Origin: Planctomycetota bacterium
Lineage (GTDB): Bacteria; Planctomycetota; GCA-002687715; CAIWVZ01
Reading direction: 5' to 3'
NCBI GenBank assembly: GCA_044222185.1
Contig: JBGANV010000003.1
Location: 288,001-352,000, forward strand
DNA: 64,000 nt
Shown here in pieces: positions 1 through 8,885 of this stretch (the first letter of the stretch is position 1; each line of letters begins with the position of its first letter). The notes beneath the pieces were generated by a model. That model saw only the letters and a program-made list of their open reading frames with translations, was not told the origin of the DNA and ran no database searches. The translations under genes were made by a program, and so were the position numbers.

Positions 1-1
1 G

Positions 2-412
2 ACGGACGGGCGATGGCGATACGAGCCCGGCCTGATCAACGAAGGCCGCGTCAAGGAGCTCGCCGAGGCCAAGTCCGGCGGGTACCTGTTCAAGCTCGAA
101 GACCTTCTCGTGTACAAGCGGTCCGACTACGAGCGCGACAAGAACATGCCCAACGACCCGCGGCCGCGCACCGCGTACGCGGAAGGGTGGGGCCTGGTGT
201 ACTACCTGGCGAATTGGAACGACGGAAAACTCCGTCCCAAGTTCGAGGAGTACGTCAAGCTCGAGATGAGCGGGCGGTCGGGGCGCGACGCGTTCCTCAC
301 CGTCTTCGGCAACGATCTCGCGGCGATCGAGAAGGACTTCCACGCGATGATCGATGCACTCGGTCAAGCAGCGAAGGACAAGAAGATCGTCAACGGCCGG
401 CTGCAGAAGTGA
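2..412 (+). CDS. Partial (5'-truncated) DUF1570-like protein
   Basis: Frame open from the window edge; C-terminal AYAEGWGLVYYL and 'AFLTVFGNDLAAIEKDF' resemble DUF1570-type proteins of planctomycetes. Confidence 0.5.
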   Translation, partial: TDGRWRYEPGLINEGRVKELAEAKSGGYLFKLEDLLVYKRSDYERDKNMPNDPRPRTAYAEGWGLVYYLANWNDGKLRPKFEEYVKLEMSGRSGRDAFLTVFGNDLAAIEKDFHAMIDALGQAAKDKKIVNGRLQK

Positions 413-449
413 CGGCGGCCATCCCCCGTCGAGTACCGACCACGCACCC

Positions 450-1889
450 GTGAAGACCGTCGCGCGCTACCTGCTGTTCGCCGTGGCGGTCGTCGCCACC
501 TTCAGCATCCCCGCGTTGAACCTCGAACAGGTTCTCGGCGGTGGGCATCGTCTGATCACGGTCGGCGGATCGGCGGCCTTCTGTGTCGGCGCCATCCTGC
601 TTGCGAGGCGGTCCGGAGCCTACTGGCTCGACGCTTCGGGACGCGTGGCGACGCGCCTCGCCGCGATCCCTCGCACGCGGTGGATTCTCGGGTGCATCGC
701 CGTCGGCGTCGCACTCCGCGCGGCGTGGATCGCCGCCTTCCCGTTCGAGCAGCAGTCGGACTCGATGACCTACGGGTATCTCGCCCATCGCCTCGCGACG
801 GGCGCGGGCTACGAGGTCGCGGGGATGAAGTCGAACTGGCCTCCCGGCTTCCCCCTGCTGCTCAGCGTCCTCTACCGCGTGCTTGGCGAGGGACGCTGGG
901 TGCACTCGGGGCTGAACCTCGCGCTGTTCGCCGCCGCAGTTCCGCTCGTCGACGGTCTCGCCCGCCGGGTGGCTCGCGAGGAAGGCGCGCGAATCGCGAC
1001 GGGCATCCTCACCGTCTGGCCCAACGCCGTCATGACGAGCGGCGTGGCGAGCAAGGAACTGCTCGTGTTGACGCTCCTGCCGATGGCGATCGCGCTCTTC
1101 TGTCGCGCCGATGCCAGGCTGTCGCTCGGGCGCCAGGTTCCGGCACTGGCGGGCTGCGGGATCGTGCTCGGTGCCACGTGCCTCGTTCAGCCAGGCCTCC
1201 TTGCACTGCCGGCAGCCCTCCTCGTAGGCGAGGTGCGCGAACGACGGCCGGTCGCGCAGGCGGTCGTGCGGATAACGGTCGTTGCAGTCTGCATGCTGCT
1301 GCCGATCTTCCCGTGGACGCTGCGCAACCAGGGGGCCCTCGGTGAGTGGGTCCTCATCTCGACCAATGGCGGCGACGTCTTCTATCGCGCCAACAATCCG
1401 CTCGCGACGGGTGGCTACACCCCTCGCGGAGAGCGCGATCTCGACGGCCTCGGGGAACTCGATCGATCGCGCAAGGGCATGGAGTGGGGCAAGGAGTGGA
1501 TCCGCTCCAATCCCACGGCCTTCGCAGGTCTGTGCGCGCGCAAACAGATGCTCTTCCTCGGCGACGACTCCACGGGTGCATTCGAAACGCTTCAGCGCGG
1601 TGGAGCCGCGAGTCGGCACGCATTCGTGGCGGCAAAGGGGATCGCCAACGCGTTCTGGCTCGCGATGTGGCTCGTGATCCTCGCGGCATGTTTCGAGACG
1701 CGACTCTTCGGCGGTGACGGCGACGCACCGCTATGGATTTGCACCGCGGCGTTCATCCTGCTGCTCGCCACGCACACGGTGTTCGAGAGCAACGGCAAGT
1801 ACCACGTTCCGGCACTGGCGATCCTGTCGGTGATCGTGGGCGGAGCTGCGGCGATCCGCGCCCGCCCCTCGACGTCTTCCCCGTCATGA
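450..1889 (+). CDS. GT-C fold membrane glycosyltransferase (ArnT/PMT-like)
   Basis: Many hydrophobic helices; 'SDSMTY', 'WPPGFPLLL', 'PWTLRN...ISTNGG' motifs; GTG start at 450; ATGA overlap with next gene. Confidence 0.75.
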   Translation: MKTVARYLLFAVAVVATFSIPALNLEQVLGGGHRLITVGGSAAFCVGAILLARRSGAYWLDASGRVATRLAAIPRTRWILGCIAVGVALRAAWIAAFPFEQQSDSMTYGYLAHRLATGAGYEVAGMKSNWPPGFPLLLSVLYRVLGEGRWVHSGLNLALFAAAVPLVDGLARRVAREEGARIATGILTVWPNAVMTSGVASKELLVLTLLPMAIALFCRADARLSLGRQVPALAGCGIVLGATCLVQPGLLALPAALLVGEVRERRPVAQAVVRITVVAVCMLLPIFPWTLRNQGALGEWVLISTNGGDVFYRANNPLATGGYTPRGERDLDGLGELDRSRKGMEWGKEWIRSNPTAFAGLCARKQMLFLGDDSTGAFETLQRGGAASRHAFVAAKGIANAFWLAMWLVILAACFETRLFGGDGDAPLWICTAAFILLLATHTVFESNGKYHVPALAILSVIVGGAAAIRARPSTSSPS

Positions 1890-2980
1890 CGAACTCGACT
1901 CGTCGGCGGATCGCGATCCTGTGGCCGAAACCACGCGCCCGGCGAATCGCTGCCGCCGACCCTGCCGAGACTCCCGACCAGAGCGACGGCCTGTCGGCGC
2001 TCGGCTCGCGAGGTTTCGACATCACGATCGAGGACCCGCTGCCGTTCCCGTGGAATCCTCTGGCGAACCGTCACGAGGTGTACTGCGCGCTGGACCCGCT
2101 CCGCGCACTACGGCTCGCACTCTTCAGGCGTCGGTACGACGCGATCGTGTCGGTCGGCTCGTCCTCTGCATTCTTGACCCACCGCGCTCTTGCGGCGACG
2201 CTCAAGCCCACGCCCATCGTGATGATCGATCCGGCCATGTCGTACGACTGGCCGCTGCGCAAGAGGCTTCAGGATCGGATCCTCCCGAAGGTCTCGCACG
2301 TGATCGTGTACGGACGAGTGCAACTCGACTACCTCGCGCGCGAGTACGGAGAATCGCCCACCGGGGTCTTCATCCCACACCGCGCCGACACGCGGTTCTA
2401 CGATCCCGCGGCCCCGCCGCAGACGCCGCCTCCATCCAAGCCATACCTGCTCGCCATCGGAGATGACGTCTCACGAGACTTTCAGGCACTCGCGGACGCG
2501 TTCGAACGGTCCAGGGCATTGGCGAACTGCGACATCCGATGCGTGATCCACACGAGGCTGCCCGTGACGGCACGGGATCCGCGGGTGGAGTTGAGCCGCG
2601 CATTCCTCTCGCACGTCGCGCTGCGCGACCTCTATCGCTACGCGACGGCCGTCGTCCTCCCATTGAAGGACACGATTCACGCGGGCGGAATCAACAGCCT
2701 CGTCGAAGCGATGAGCATGCGACGGCCCGTGATCGTGTCGCGATCGGCCGGCCTCGCCGATTACTCATCGGACGGAGTGACGGCGCTCACCGTGCCGCCA
2801 GGAGACGTCGAGGCGCTCGGCACGGCGATCAGGCGTCTACACGACGACACGGCGTTGGCGAGGCGAATCGGAGACGCGGGCCGGGAGTGGGTCGTCCGCG
2901 AGTGCGGACACTCGGCCTACGCCGAGCGCGTCGCTGCCGTACTTTCGGCGGCGATCTCGCGGCGCGGTCGCACGGCGTAA
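1886..2980 (+). CDS. Glycosyltransferase family 4 (GT-B)
   Basis: 'GGINSLVEAMSMRRPVI' and 'VPPGDVEAL' GT4 signatures; ATG overlaps the upstream stop. Confidence 0.85.
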   Translation: MTNSTRRRIAILWPKPRARRIAAADPAETPDQSDGLSALGSRGFDITIEDPLPFPWNPLANRHEVYCALDPLRALRLALFRRRYDAIVSVGSSSAFLTHRALAATLKPTPIVMIDPAMSYDWPLRKRLQDRILPKVSHVIVYGRVQLDYLAREYGESPTGVFIPHRADTRFYDPAAPPQTPPPSKPYLLAIGDDVSRDFQALADAFERSRALANCDIRCVIHTRLPVTARDPRVELSRAFLSHVALRDLYRYATAVVLPLKDTIHAGGINSLVEAMSMRRPVIVSRSAGLADYSSDGVTALTVPPGDVEALGTAIRRLHDDTALARRIGDAGREWVVRECGHSAYAERVAAVLSAAISRRGRTA

Positions 2981-3696
2981 CCGCCGACGACGCGCGTGAA
3001 CCGGATCTTCACGAGGTCCCGCAGCATCTGCAGGGAATGGCGGACCGGCTGCACCCGGCTGTCCGCGTCGTTTCGCCAGGTGACGGGAATGTCGCCGATC
3101 GCATATCCGAAGGATTGAGCCACGTAGATCACCTCGGCGTCGAACGCGAAGCCGTTCACGCGCGTCGCACGAAAGATCTCGCGGGCCACGTTCCCATCGA
3201 ACCCCTTGAAGCCGCACTGCGTATCCAGGAAGCGCAGCGGCAGGATCCTGCGGAGGATCCAGTTGAACGTGCGCCCCATGCGCTCGCGATACCAGGGCTG
3301 GTGCACTTCGACGTTGGAGGTGTCCAGTCCGCGTGAGCCGATGACGATGTCGAGCCCGCCGTCGAGCGCCGCTTCGAAGCGCGTCCACTCGTCGATCGGC
3401 GTCGACATGTCGGCGTCCGTGAAGAGCACACGGCGACCGCGGGAGGCGAGCACGCCCGTCCGCACGGCAGCGCCCTTCCCGCTGTTCTTCTCGAGGACGA
3501 TCACGCGAACCGCGCCACCCTTCGACCGCGCGAGCTCGGCCGTTTGGTCCTTCGATCCGTCGTCGACCACGATGACCTCGTACGGCTTGCCGAGAACGTC
3601 GAGGAACGAGACGACCCGATCGAGCGTCGGCGACAGCCGTCGGGCCTCGTTGTAGGCGGGGATCACGACGGAAAGTTCGAGGGGCTCGCTCATCAT
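2917..3696 (-). CDS. GT2 polyprenol/dolichyl-phosphate glycosyltransferase
   Basis: 'SVVIPAYNE', 'VVDDGSKD', 'NSGKGAAV', 'FTDAD', 'DTQCGFK', 'GFAFDAE'. Confidence 0.9.
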   Translation of the reverse strand: MMSEPLELSVVIPAYNEARRLSPTLDRVVSFLDVLGKPYEVIVVDDGSKDQTAELARSKGGAVRVIVLEKNSGKGAAVRTGVLASRGRRVLFTDADMSTPIDEWTRFEAALDGGLDIVIGSRGLDTSNVEVHQPWYRERMGRTFNWILRRILPLRFLDTQCGFKGFDGNVAREIFRATRVNGFAFDAEVIYVAQSFGYAIGDIPVTWRNDADSRVQPVRHSLQMLRDLVKIRFTRVVGGYAVRPRREIAAESTAATRSA

Positions 3697-3849
3697 CAGG
3701 GGCCGATTGTCGATCTGCGGGGAACGACTTTCAACGAACGACGCGCCTCCGGGATCCGGCCCGACGACCGAATGGCGCGACTCCCATCCGCACAGCGAAC
3801 GCGCATTGCAAACCGACGTGCCGAGCCCGCAACGCCGCCGTTCGCGCGG

Positions 3850-5040
3850 TCATCGATCGAGGTAATAGACGAGATTGCAGAAGACGAGGTCCGGATACGG
3901 ATTCTGGGACGTCGCCATCAGGGTCCCCGCGCCGCCAGCGAACAACACGCCGATCGGCGCGCCAATCGTCTGAGCCGTGGCATCACTGGGGTTGAAGAGC
4001 ATCCCGAAGACCATGGGGCCGATCTGGCTTTGCCCGGAAATCCACGGCGTCCCGACAGCGGCAAACCCCGGAGGCCCGAAATTGCCGCCCTCGGACGTGA
4101 CTTCGAACGGCAGGCCGGCCACTGAGATCGGGCTGTAGAGGTAGTTCGGGTCCGCACCCGTGTCGACCGTTTCGACGGACGAGGCGCTGAGGTTGCCCCC
4201 GGTCGCCACGACGACGCTGATGCCGAGCGTGGTGTTCAAGAAGTTGTTCACCCAGAGTGCCCGTTCCTGGCCGGCGGGCGAACCGACGGACGGGCCCACG
4301 ACGAATGCCACTCCCCCACTCTGCCTGAGGAACTGGAGGAAGCGAGCGGCTTCCAGCGGTGAAGGCGGAACCGTGAAGCGGCAATCCAGGATCACGTCGT
4401 ACGACGTCAGCGCGGCTGGAAGCACGTCGTCCGCGACCACGACGTGATTGCCCAGCAGGGTGAGCGACCCGGCGAGGGCCGTCGCCTGCGCGCTCGGATT
4501 TCCGATGGCCGACGTGCTCGCGGTCTGGCGCAGCAGCAGAACGTGCTTCCCCGTGGCCAGGAACGGCGAGACCTTCAGATGAACGCTGTTCGACATGCGG
4601 ATGTCGGCCACCTGGGGATCCGCGACGGCGCACTGCACGGCGAACTCCAAGCCAGCGAGGCCGGGGTCCATCGGCACGGAAACCACGTGCTCGAGCATGC
4701 TGCCGCCGCCCAGGAGCGTCAGGTCGCGCAGGACGAACCAATCCGCCCCCAGGTCGGTGAAGTAAGGCCCGATCCAGGACGGCCCGGTTTCGGACGACGC
4801 CAGGATCCACACGCCCGCCTGCGGCACCGTGTGGAGGACGAGGTGAAGGTCGTCGCCGAGTTTCAGGTTGTTGCTGACGAGCTTGTGCGGCGCCGCGGGG
4901 ACGACGCTGTTGCCGCCACCCGGTCCGGCGCCGGGCACGCCAGCGAGTTGGAGGATGACGAACATCAAGAACAGGGCTGCTGCGGCGGCGATCAGGACCT
5001 GAGTCGAGCTGGCCTTCCCGCGCGAGACGTCGGTTGACAT
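3850..5040 (-). CDS. Hypothetical membrane-anchored/exported protein with CTD-like module near N-terminus
   Basis: N-terminal hydrophobic helix (VLIAAAAALFLMFVILQL); beta-rich module ending 'VQCAVADP...MSNSVHLKV'; then an alpha/beta domain. Confidence 0.7.
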   Translation of the reverse strand: MSTDVSRGKASSTQVLIAAAAALFLMFVILQLAGVPGAGPGGGNSVVPAAPHKLVSNNLKLGDDLHLVLHTVPQAGVWILASSETGPSWIGPYFTDLGADWFVLRDLTLLGGGSMLEHVVSVPMDPGLAGLEFAVQCAVADPQVADIRMSNSVHLKVSPFLATGKHVLLLRQTASTSAIGNPSAQATALAGSLTLLGNHVVVADDVLPAALTSYDVILDCRFTVPPSPLEAARFLQFLRQSGGVAFVVGPSVGSPAGQERALWVNNFLNTTLGISVVVATGGNLSASSVETVDTGADPNYLYSPISVAGLPFEVTSEGGNFGPPGFAAVGTPWISGQSQIGPMVFGMLFNPSDATAQTIGAPIGVLFAGGAGTLMATSQNPYPDLVFCNLVYYLDR

Positions 5041-5142
5041 GGTCGGGCGCAGACCGGTTGTTGTGGTCCGCTGAGCCTCCTTTTCGACCGTCGGCGTGTG
5101 CGGGCTTCATCCCCCGCAGGAAGAAGACGCTTCGAGGGGCTC

Positions 5143-5667
5143 TCAGGCGTGGCTGCGATCGGCAGCGTCGATGGGCTGCGGCCCGGCACCGGAACCGCGC
5201 CACGTGCGCACGTCCTCGACGATCTCCTGGGAGCCCGCGCACAGGATCTGCGTTCCGAAGCGCATGTTCGGGCCGTGGCCGCACTGCCCCAGGCAGTGCA
5301 CATCGGTGAACTGGAGCGCCGGGTTCGCGGTCGCGAGTGCAGCCCGCAGGCGTTGGTTGAGCGCCGCGGCGCCGGTCAGCCGGCACGTGACTCCAAGACA
5401 GAAGCGGAACTCGTCGGCCGGCGTGGCCGACACCAGTTGCGCGTGGAACCGCCTGGTGTCGTCCAGTTGAGCCGGCGTGACGCCGAGGTCGGCCGCGACT
5501 GCGCAGTGGACCTCGGGGTCCTCGATGCCGCATCGCCAGAGCGCGTGGGCGGCAAGGATCAACGCGCCGTCAAGCGGTCTGCCTGACGAGTCGGTCCAGT
5601 CGCGCTTGATGTCATCAATGGACACGACGCCCTCCGGAGTTCCGGCGACGACCCGCTCCGTGATCAT
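5143..5667 (-). CDS. NuoE/thioredoxin-like [2Fe-2S] protein
   Basis: Cx4C (CLGVTC) and Cx3C (CLGQC...GPNM) as in NuoE; N-terminal helical part; start 5667 or 5691. Confidence 0.75.
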   Translation of the reverse strand: MITERVVAGTPEGVVSIDDIKRDWTDSSGRPLDGALILAAHALWRCGIEDPEVHCAVAADLGVTPAQLDDTRRFHAQLVSATPADEFRFCLGVTCRLTGAAALNQRLRAALATANPALQFTDVHCLGQCGHGPNMRFGTQILCAGSQEIVEDVRTWRGSGAGPQPIDAADRSHA

Positions 5668-5740
5668 CCGAAAACCGGCGCGAGTATACACCTATCGAAA
5701 GTCGCCGACCAGAGAGCCCGGGCCCCCAGGTCGGCGTCGA

Positions 5741-6250
5741 TCACTTCGGGAAGAGCGAGTCCAGCCGGTCTTTCGCCGTCTGGTCGTAGTCGGCCGCGAG
5801 TTCGACCGCCGGGCGCGTTCCCTTGCGTGTGCGGATCGACTCGAACAGCTCGCTGAGCTTCCGCGCCGCCTCGTTCGTGTAGAGGCGGACCATCCCGATC
5901 GTCGTCTGGTCATCGAAAATCACGGTCAGGATCGTTCGCTCGCTGATCAGGGTCAACTGGATGTTGTCCCGCTGCCCCTGATGGAACACGACCGAGAATT
6001 CGTCCTCGCCGAGGATCCGCGCCATCTCGCGGGTCGCAGCGAACGACCCGGCAATCAGGGCTGCGATCGTATCGATGTCGAAGTCCCGAACGACTCCGGT
6101 CTTCGCCACCATGTGGCCGTCCTTGTCGATGAGCAACGCGCACTTCGAACCAGAGAGGTTCGTGAGCTCCTTGAGGACGGCGTCGATCTTCGCCATCTCC
6201 TCGCGATAGAAGACCAGCCGTTCTTCCCGCAGTCGGTCGGTGTCATTCAT
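5741..6250 (-). CDS. mglB: MglB roadblock/LC7 GTPase regulator
   Basis: 'LLIDKDG', 'IAALIAGSFAA', 'EFSVVFHQG', 'VIFDDQTTIGMVRL' and C-terminal 'LDSLF' helix, as in Myxococcus MglB. Confidence 0.9.
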   Translation of the reverse strand: MNDTDRLREERLVFYREEMAKIDAVLKELTNLSGSKCALLIDKDGHMVAKTGVVRDFDIDTIAALIAGSFAATREMARILGEDEFSVVFHQGQRDNIQLTLISERTILTVIFDDQTTIGMVRLYTNEAARKLSELFESIRTRKGTRPAVELAADYDQTAKDRLDSLFPK

Positions 6251-6359
6251 GACGGTTCACTTTCGTCTATTTCCGGGCCGCGCCTTTCGGACGCGTTCTC
6301 CGCCCACGGCAATCCGCTGCGCGAGGACCCGGTTCCCAACTCACTCGTGGTTGATGGGT

Positions 6360-7397
6360 TCATTTCCGGAAAAAGAAGAGGACGGCAACGGCCACCGCAG
6401 CGCCGAGCAGCACGGCGCCGCCCCAAACGAGAGCCGGCGATACCGACCGCCTCGGGCGCGACGACGAAATGATCACGCGCTGCCGCGACGTGGACTGGCT
6501 TGCAGGCGAAGCCGTCCGCTTGGCTCCCGGACGCGTGGCAGGGCGCGGCACTGCGGGCACCGGCATGCCGCCCGTCGCCCCTGCCGAAGCCGGATCGGGG
6601 TGCGTTTGGGCACGAGGCATTTCGACGGTCGCAACGCTCCGCGCGCTGGCGACCGGCCCGGTTGCGGCGGTTCCGGCCGTGCCGTGGCCATGCGCGGGAG
6701 CCGGAGCCGTGGGCGCGGCATGCACTCGCGGAGTCGGCGGAGCCATGGCTGGCCGGGGCGCACCGGCCGTCGCAGGTGCGGAAACCGCCGCTTTCGCCGC
6801 CGGCTTCTCGTCTGCGAGCATCTTCACCTTCTGGAGCACGAGCATCGAAAGGCCCTTGAACGTCTCGACGACGCCCGTGCCTTTCGCCGCGACCGCCTCG
6901 AATGTCGGGACGTTGAAGCGGTTGAGCGTTCGGTTCATCTCGTCGAGCGTGAGCGCGTTCGGCAGGTCGCGCTTGTTGAACTGGATGACGTGCGGCATCT
7001 CGCACAGGGACCGGCCTTGTTCGCGCAGGCAGTCCTCCAGGTTCTGGAGCGACTCGACGTTCTCGGCCATCTTCTCCGGGTTGCTGTCGGCGACGAACAC
7101 GACGCCGTCGGCGCCCCGCAGGACGAGCTTGCGAGTGGAGTTGTAATAGACCTGCCCAGGAACCGTGTAGAGCTGGAACTTCGTCTTCATCCCGCCGACG
7201 GTGCCGAGGTGGAGGGGCATGAAATCGAAGAACAGCGTCCGGTCCGACTCGGTCGCGATCGACGAAAGAACGCCACGACTCTCGTCCGGCGCCTTCTGGT
7301 GAACGACCTCGAGATTGGTCGTCTTTCCGGAAAGGCCAGGTCCGAAATACACGACCTTGCAGTTGATCTCTCGAAGGGCCAGGTTGAACTGCACCAC
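6360..7397 (-). CDS. mglA: MglA-family small GTPase with Pro/Ala linker and C-terminal TM helix
   Basis: G1 GPGLSGKTTN, G2 DRTLFFDF, G3 TVPGQ, G4 NKRD, G5 EAVA; C-terminus LVWGGAVLLGAAVAVAVLFFFRK. Confidence 0.92.
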   Translation of the reverse strand: MVQFNLALREINCKVVYFGPGLSGKTTNLEVVHQKAPDESRGVLSSIATESDRTLFFDFMPLHLGTVGGMKTKFQLYTVPGQVYYNSTRKLVLRGADGVVFVADSNPEKMAENVESLQNLEDCLREQGRSLCEMPHVIQFNKRDLPNALTLDEMNRTLNRFNVPTFEAVAAKGTGVVETFKGLSMLVLQKVKMLADEKPAAKAAVSAPATAGAPRPAMAPPTPRVHAAPTAPAPAHGHGTAGTAATGPVASARSVATVEMPRAQTHPDPASAGATGGMPVPAVPRPATRPGAKRTASPASQSTSRQRVIISSSRPRRSVSPALVWGGAVLLGAAVAVAVLFFFRK

Positions 7398-7412
7398 GAC
7401 AACTACCCCCCG

Positions 7413-7766
7413 TCAGACGGTGATTTGACCGAGCTTCCGCAACGTCTTCGCGGCGCTCTCGATGTCCAGGAGACCTTGATCGAGGTCGATGTGACGATCG
7501 GTCACGACGACCAGGTACGCGTTTCCGAGATCGGTGACGATCACTTTGCCGCGGGTCGCCACCATGACGAGCCGTGACATTCCGCCGTCGCCGCATTGGC
7601 GTACGACGCTTTGAGCTCCCGCGAGCAATGATGAGACGAGGGCTGCCGCCGTGTCAGGGTCGAGTGAACCTCGAAGCCGTGACGCGACGACGATCCCGTC
7701 GGGTGTCGCCACCAGGCTGCCGGAGATTCCCGGCAGCGAATTCAATTCGTCGAGGACCTCGATCAT
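7413..7766 (-). CDS. Roadblock/LC7 domain protein
   Basis: 117 aa; 'LNSLPGISGSLVATPDGIVVAS', 'AAALVSSL', 'GLLDIE' roadblock pattern. Confidence 0.85.
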   Translation of the reverse strand: MIEVLDELNSLPGISGSLVATPDGIVVASRLRGSLDPDTAAALVSSLLAGAQSVVRQCGDGGMSRLVMVATRGKVIVTDLGNAYLVVVTDRHIDLDQGLLDIESAAKTLRKLGQITV

Positions 7767-7775
7767 GAACGTTTC

Positions 7776-8885
7776 CTATCGGGAGCGATCCACCGCAGCC
7801 GCCACGTCTCGGGCAGCCTCGCGGACCGCATCCAAGTGACTCGATGTGATGGCGACGACGAGCACGAGGGCGCTCCAGCCACCGACGACGACGATCGTCT
7901 TGCGCCCCGAGACGATCTCCGTCTCCTGGAAGGCGCCGATTCCGATCCGCCGCGCGCACACGGAGACCGTGCGCCGCATCATCCCTGCGAGGGCGAGGAA
8001 TGGGTCGGGCTCGGATGAATCCGCCTCGCGAACCTGCCCCTGCATCGCGACGAGTTCGTGCGCCGGATGAACGAAGGCCACGCGCTCGACGCCGCCCAAT
8101 TCGGAGAGGCCTCGCAGCGCGCGCGACAGCTTGGGCTTCAGCCCGGGCGCCGCGCCGAGACGGCGGCGATCGCGCGGACGCCATGCGTCGAACGGACGGT
8201 CCCGGTCTTCGACGGTCTGGATGAGCACGTCGATCGTCGAGGTCTCCAGGGGTAGTCCCGTGAGGCAGTCCTTCAGACATTCGCCGTCCGGGTCGTTCGC
8301 CCGGAGATCGAGCAGCGCGTAGACGTGGTGGAGCGCGCTCGCGACGGCGCCGACGTAGTAGTAGGCCTCCGCGAGCGCGAGGTGAGCGTCAGAGTCGTTG
8401 GGCTTTCGTTCCACGACGAGGAGCCATGACCGCACCGCGGCAAGGCCGTCCGCAGCGACATGGTCCCGGGTGAAGCGTCGCCACAGGATCCGCGCGCGCG
8501 CCGCGACCGCGTCCGGCGAGTCCGGATTCGCCGCGCAGAAGCGGTCGGCAACCCCCAGGGCCAGGTCGAGTTCCTCTGCCTGACCGTAGTGATCGATGAG
8601 CGCCGAGAAGTCGCCGCCGTCGCCGCGGCCGTCGACGCGCCCGACGAGCTCGAGTTCGCGTCCCCGTCCGACCTGCCGCCAGATCAGACGCAGCTGATCT
8701 GCCATCTCTCGCGAGCGCGGGAACCTCTCGACCCCGGCCCGGGCGGCGTCCATGGCGCGGTCCCAGCGGCCCTGTCGCACCAGGGCGCGGCACTCTGCCA
8801 GGATGGCCCGAGGACCGTCGGTCGGCGGCGCCCGTCGGGACGCCTCCACCCGCGGTTTGGTTGTGCGTTTGAGAAAGCCCAGCAT
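7776..8885 (-). CDS. TPR-repeat protein with C-terminal roadblock-like domain
   Basis: TPR-like helices ('AHLALAEAYYYVG'); C-terminus 'LSELGGVERVAFV...RRIGIGAFQETEIVSG' is roadblock-like; GGAG upstream of ATG 8885. Confidence 0.7.
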   Translation of the reverse strand: MLGFLKRTTKPRVEASRRAPPTDGPRAILAECRALVRQGRWDRAMDAARAGVERFPRSREMADQLRLIWRQVGRGRELELVGRVDGRGDGGDFSALIDHYGQAEELDLALGVADRFCAANPDSPDAVAARARILWRRFTRDHVAADGLAAVRSWLLVVERKPNDSDAHLALAEAYYYVGAVASALHHVYALLDLRANDPDGECLKDCLTGLPLETSTIDVLIQTVEDRDRPFDAWRPRDRRRLGAAPGLKPKLSRALRGLSELGGVERVAFVHPAHELVAMQGQVREADSSEPDPFLALAGMMRRTVSVCARRIGIGAFQETEIVSGRKTIVVVGGWSALVLVVAITSSHLDAVREAARDVAAAVDRSR

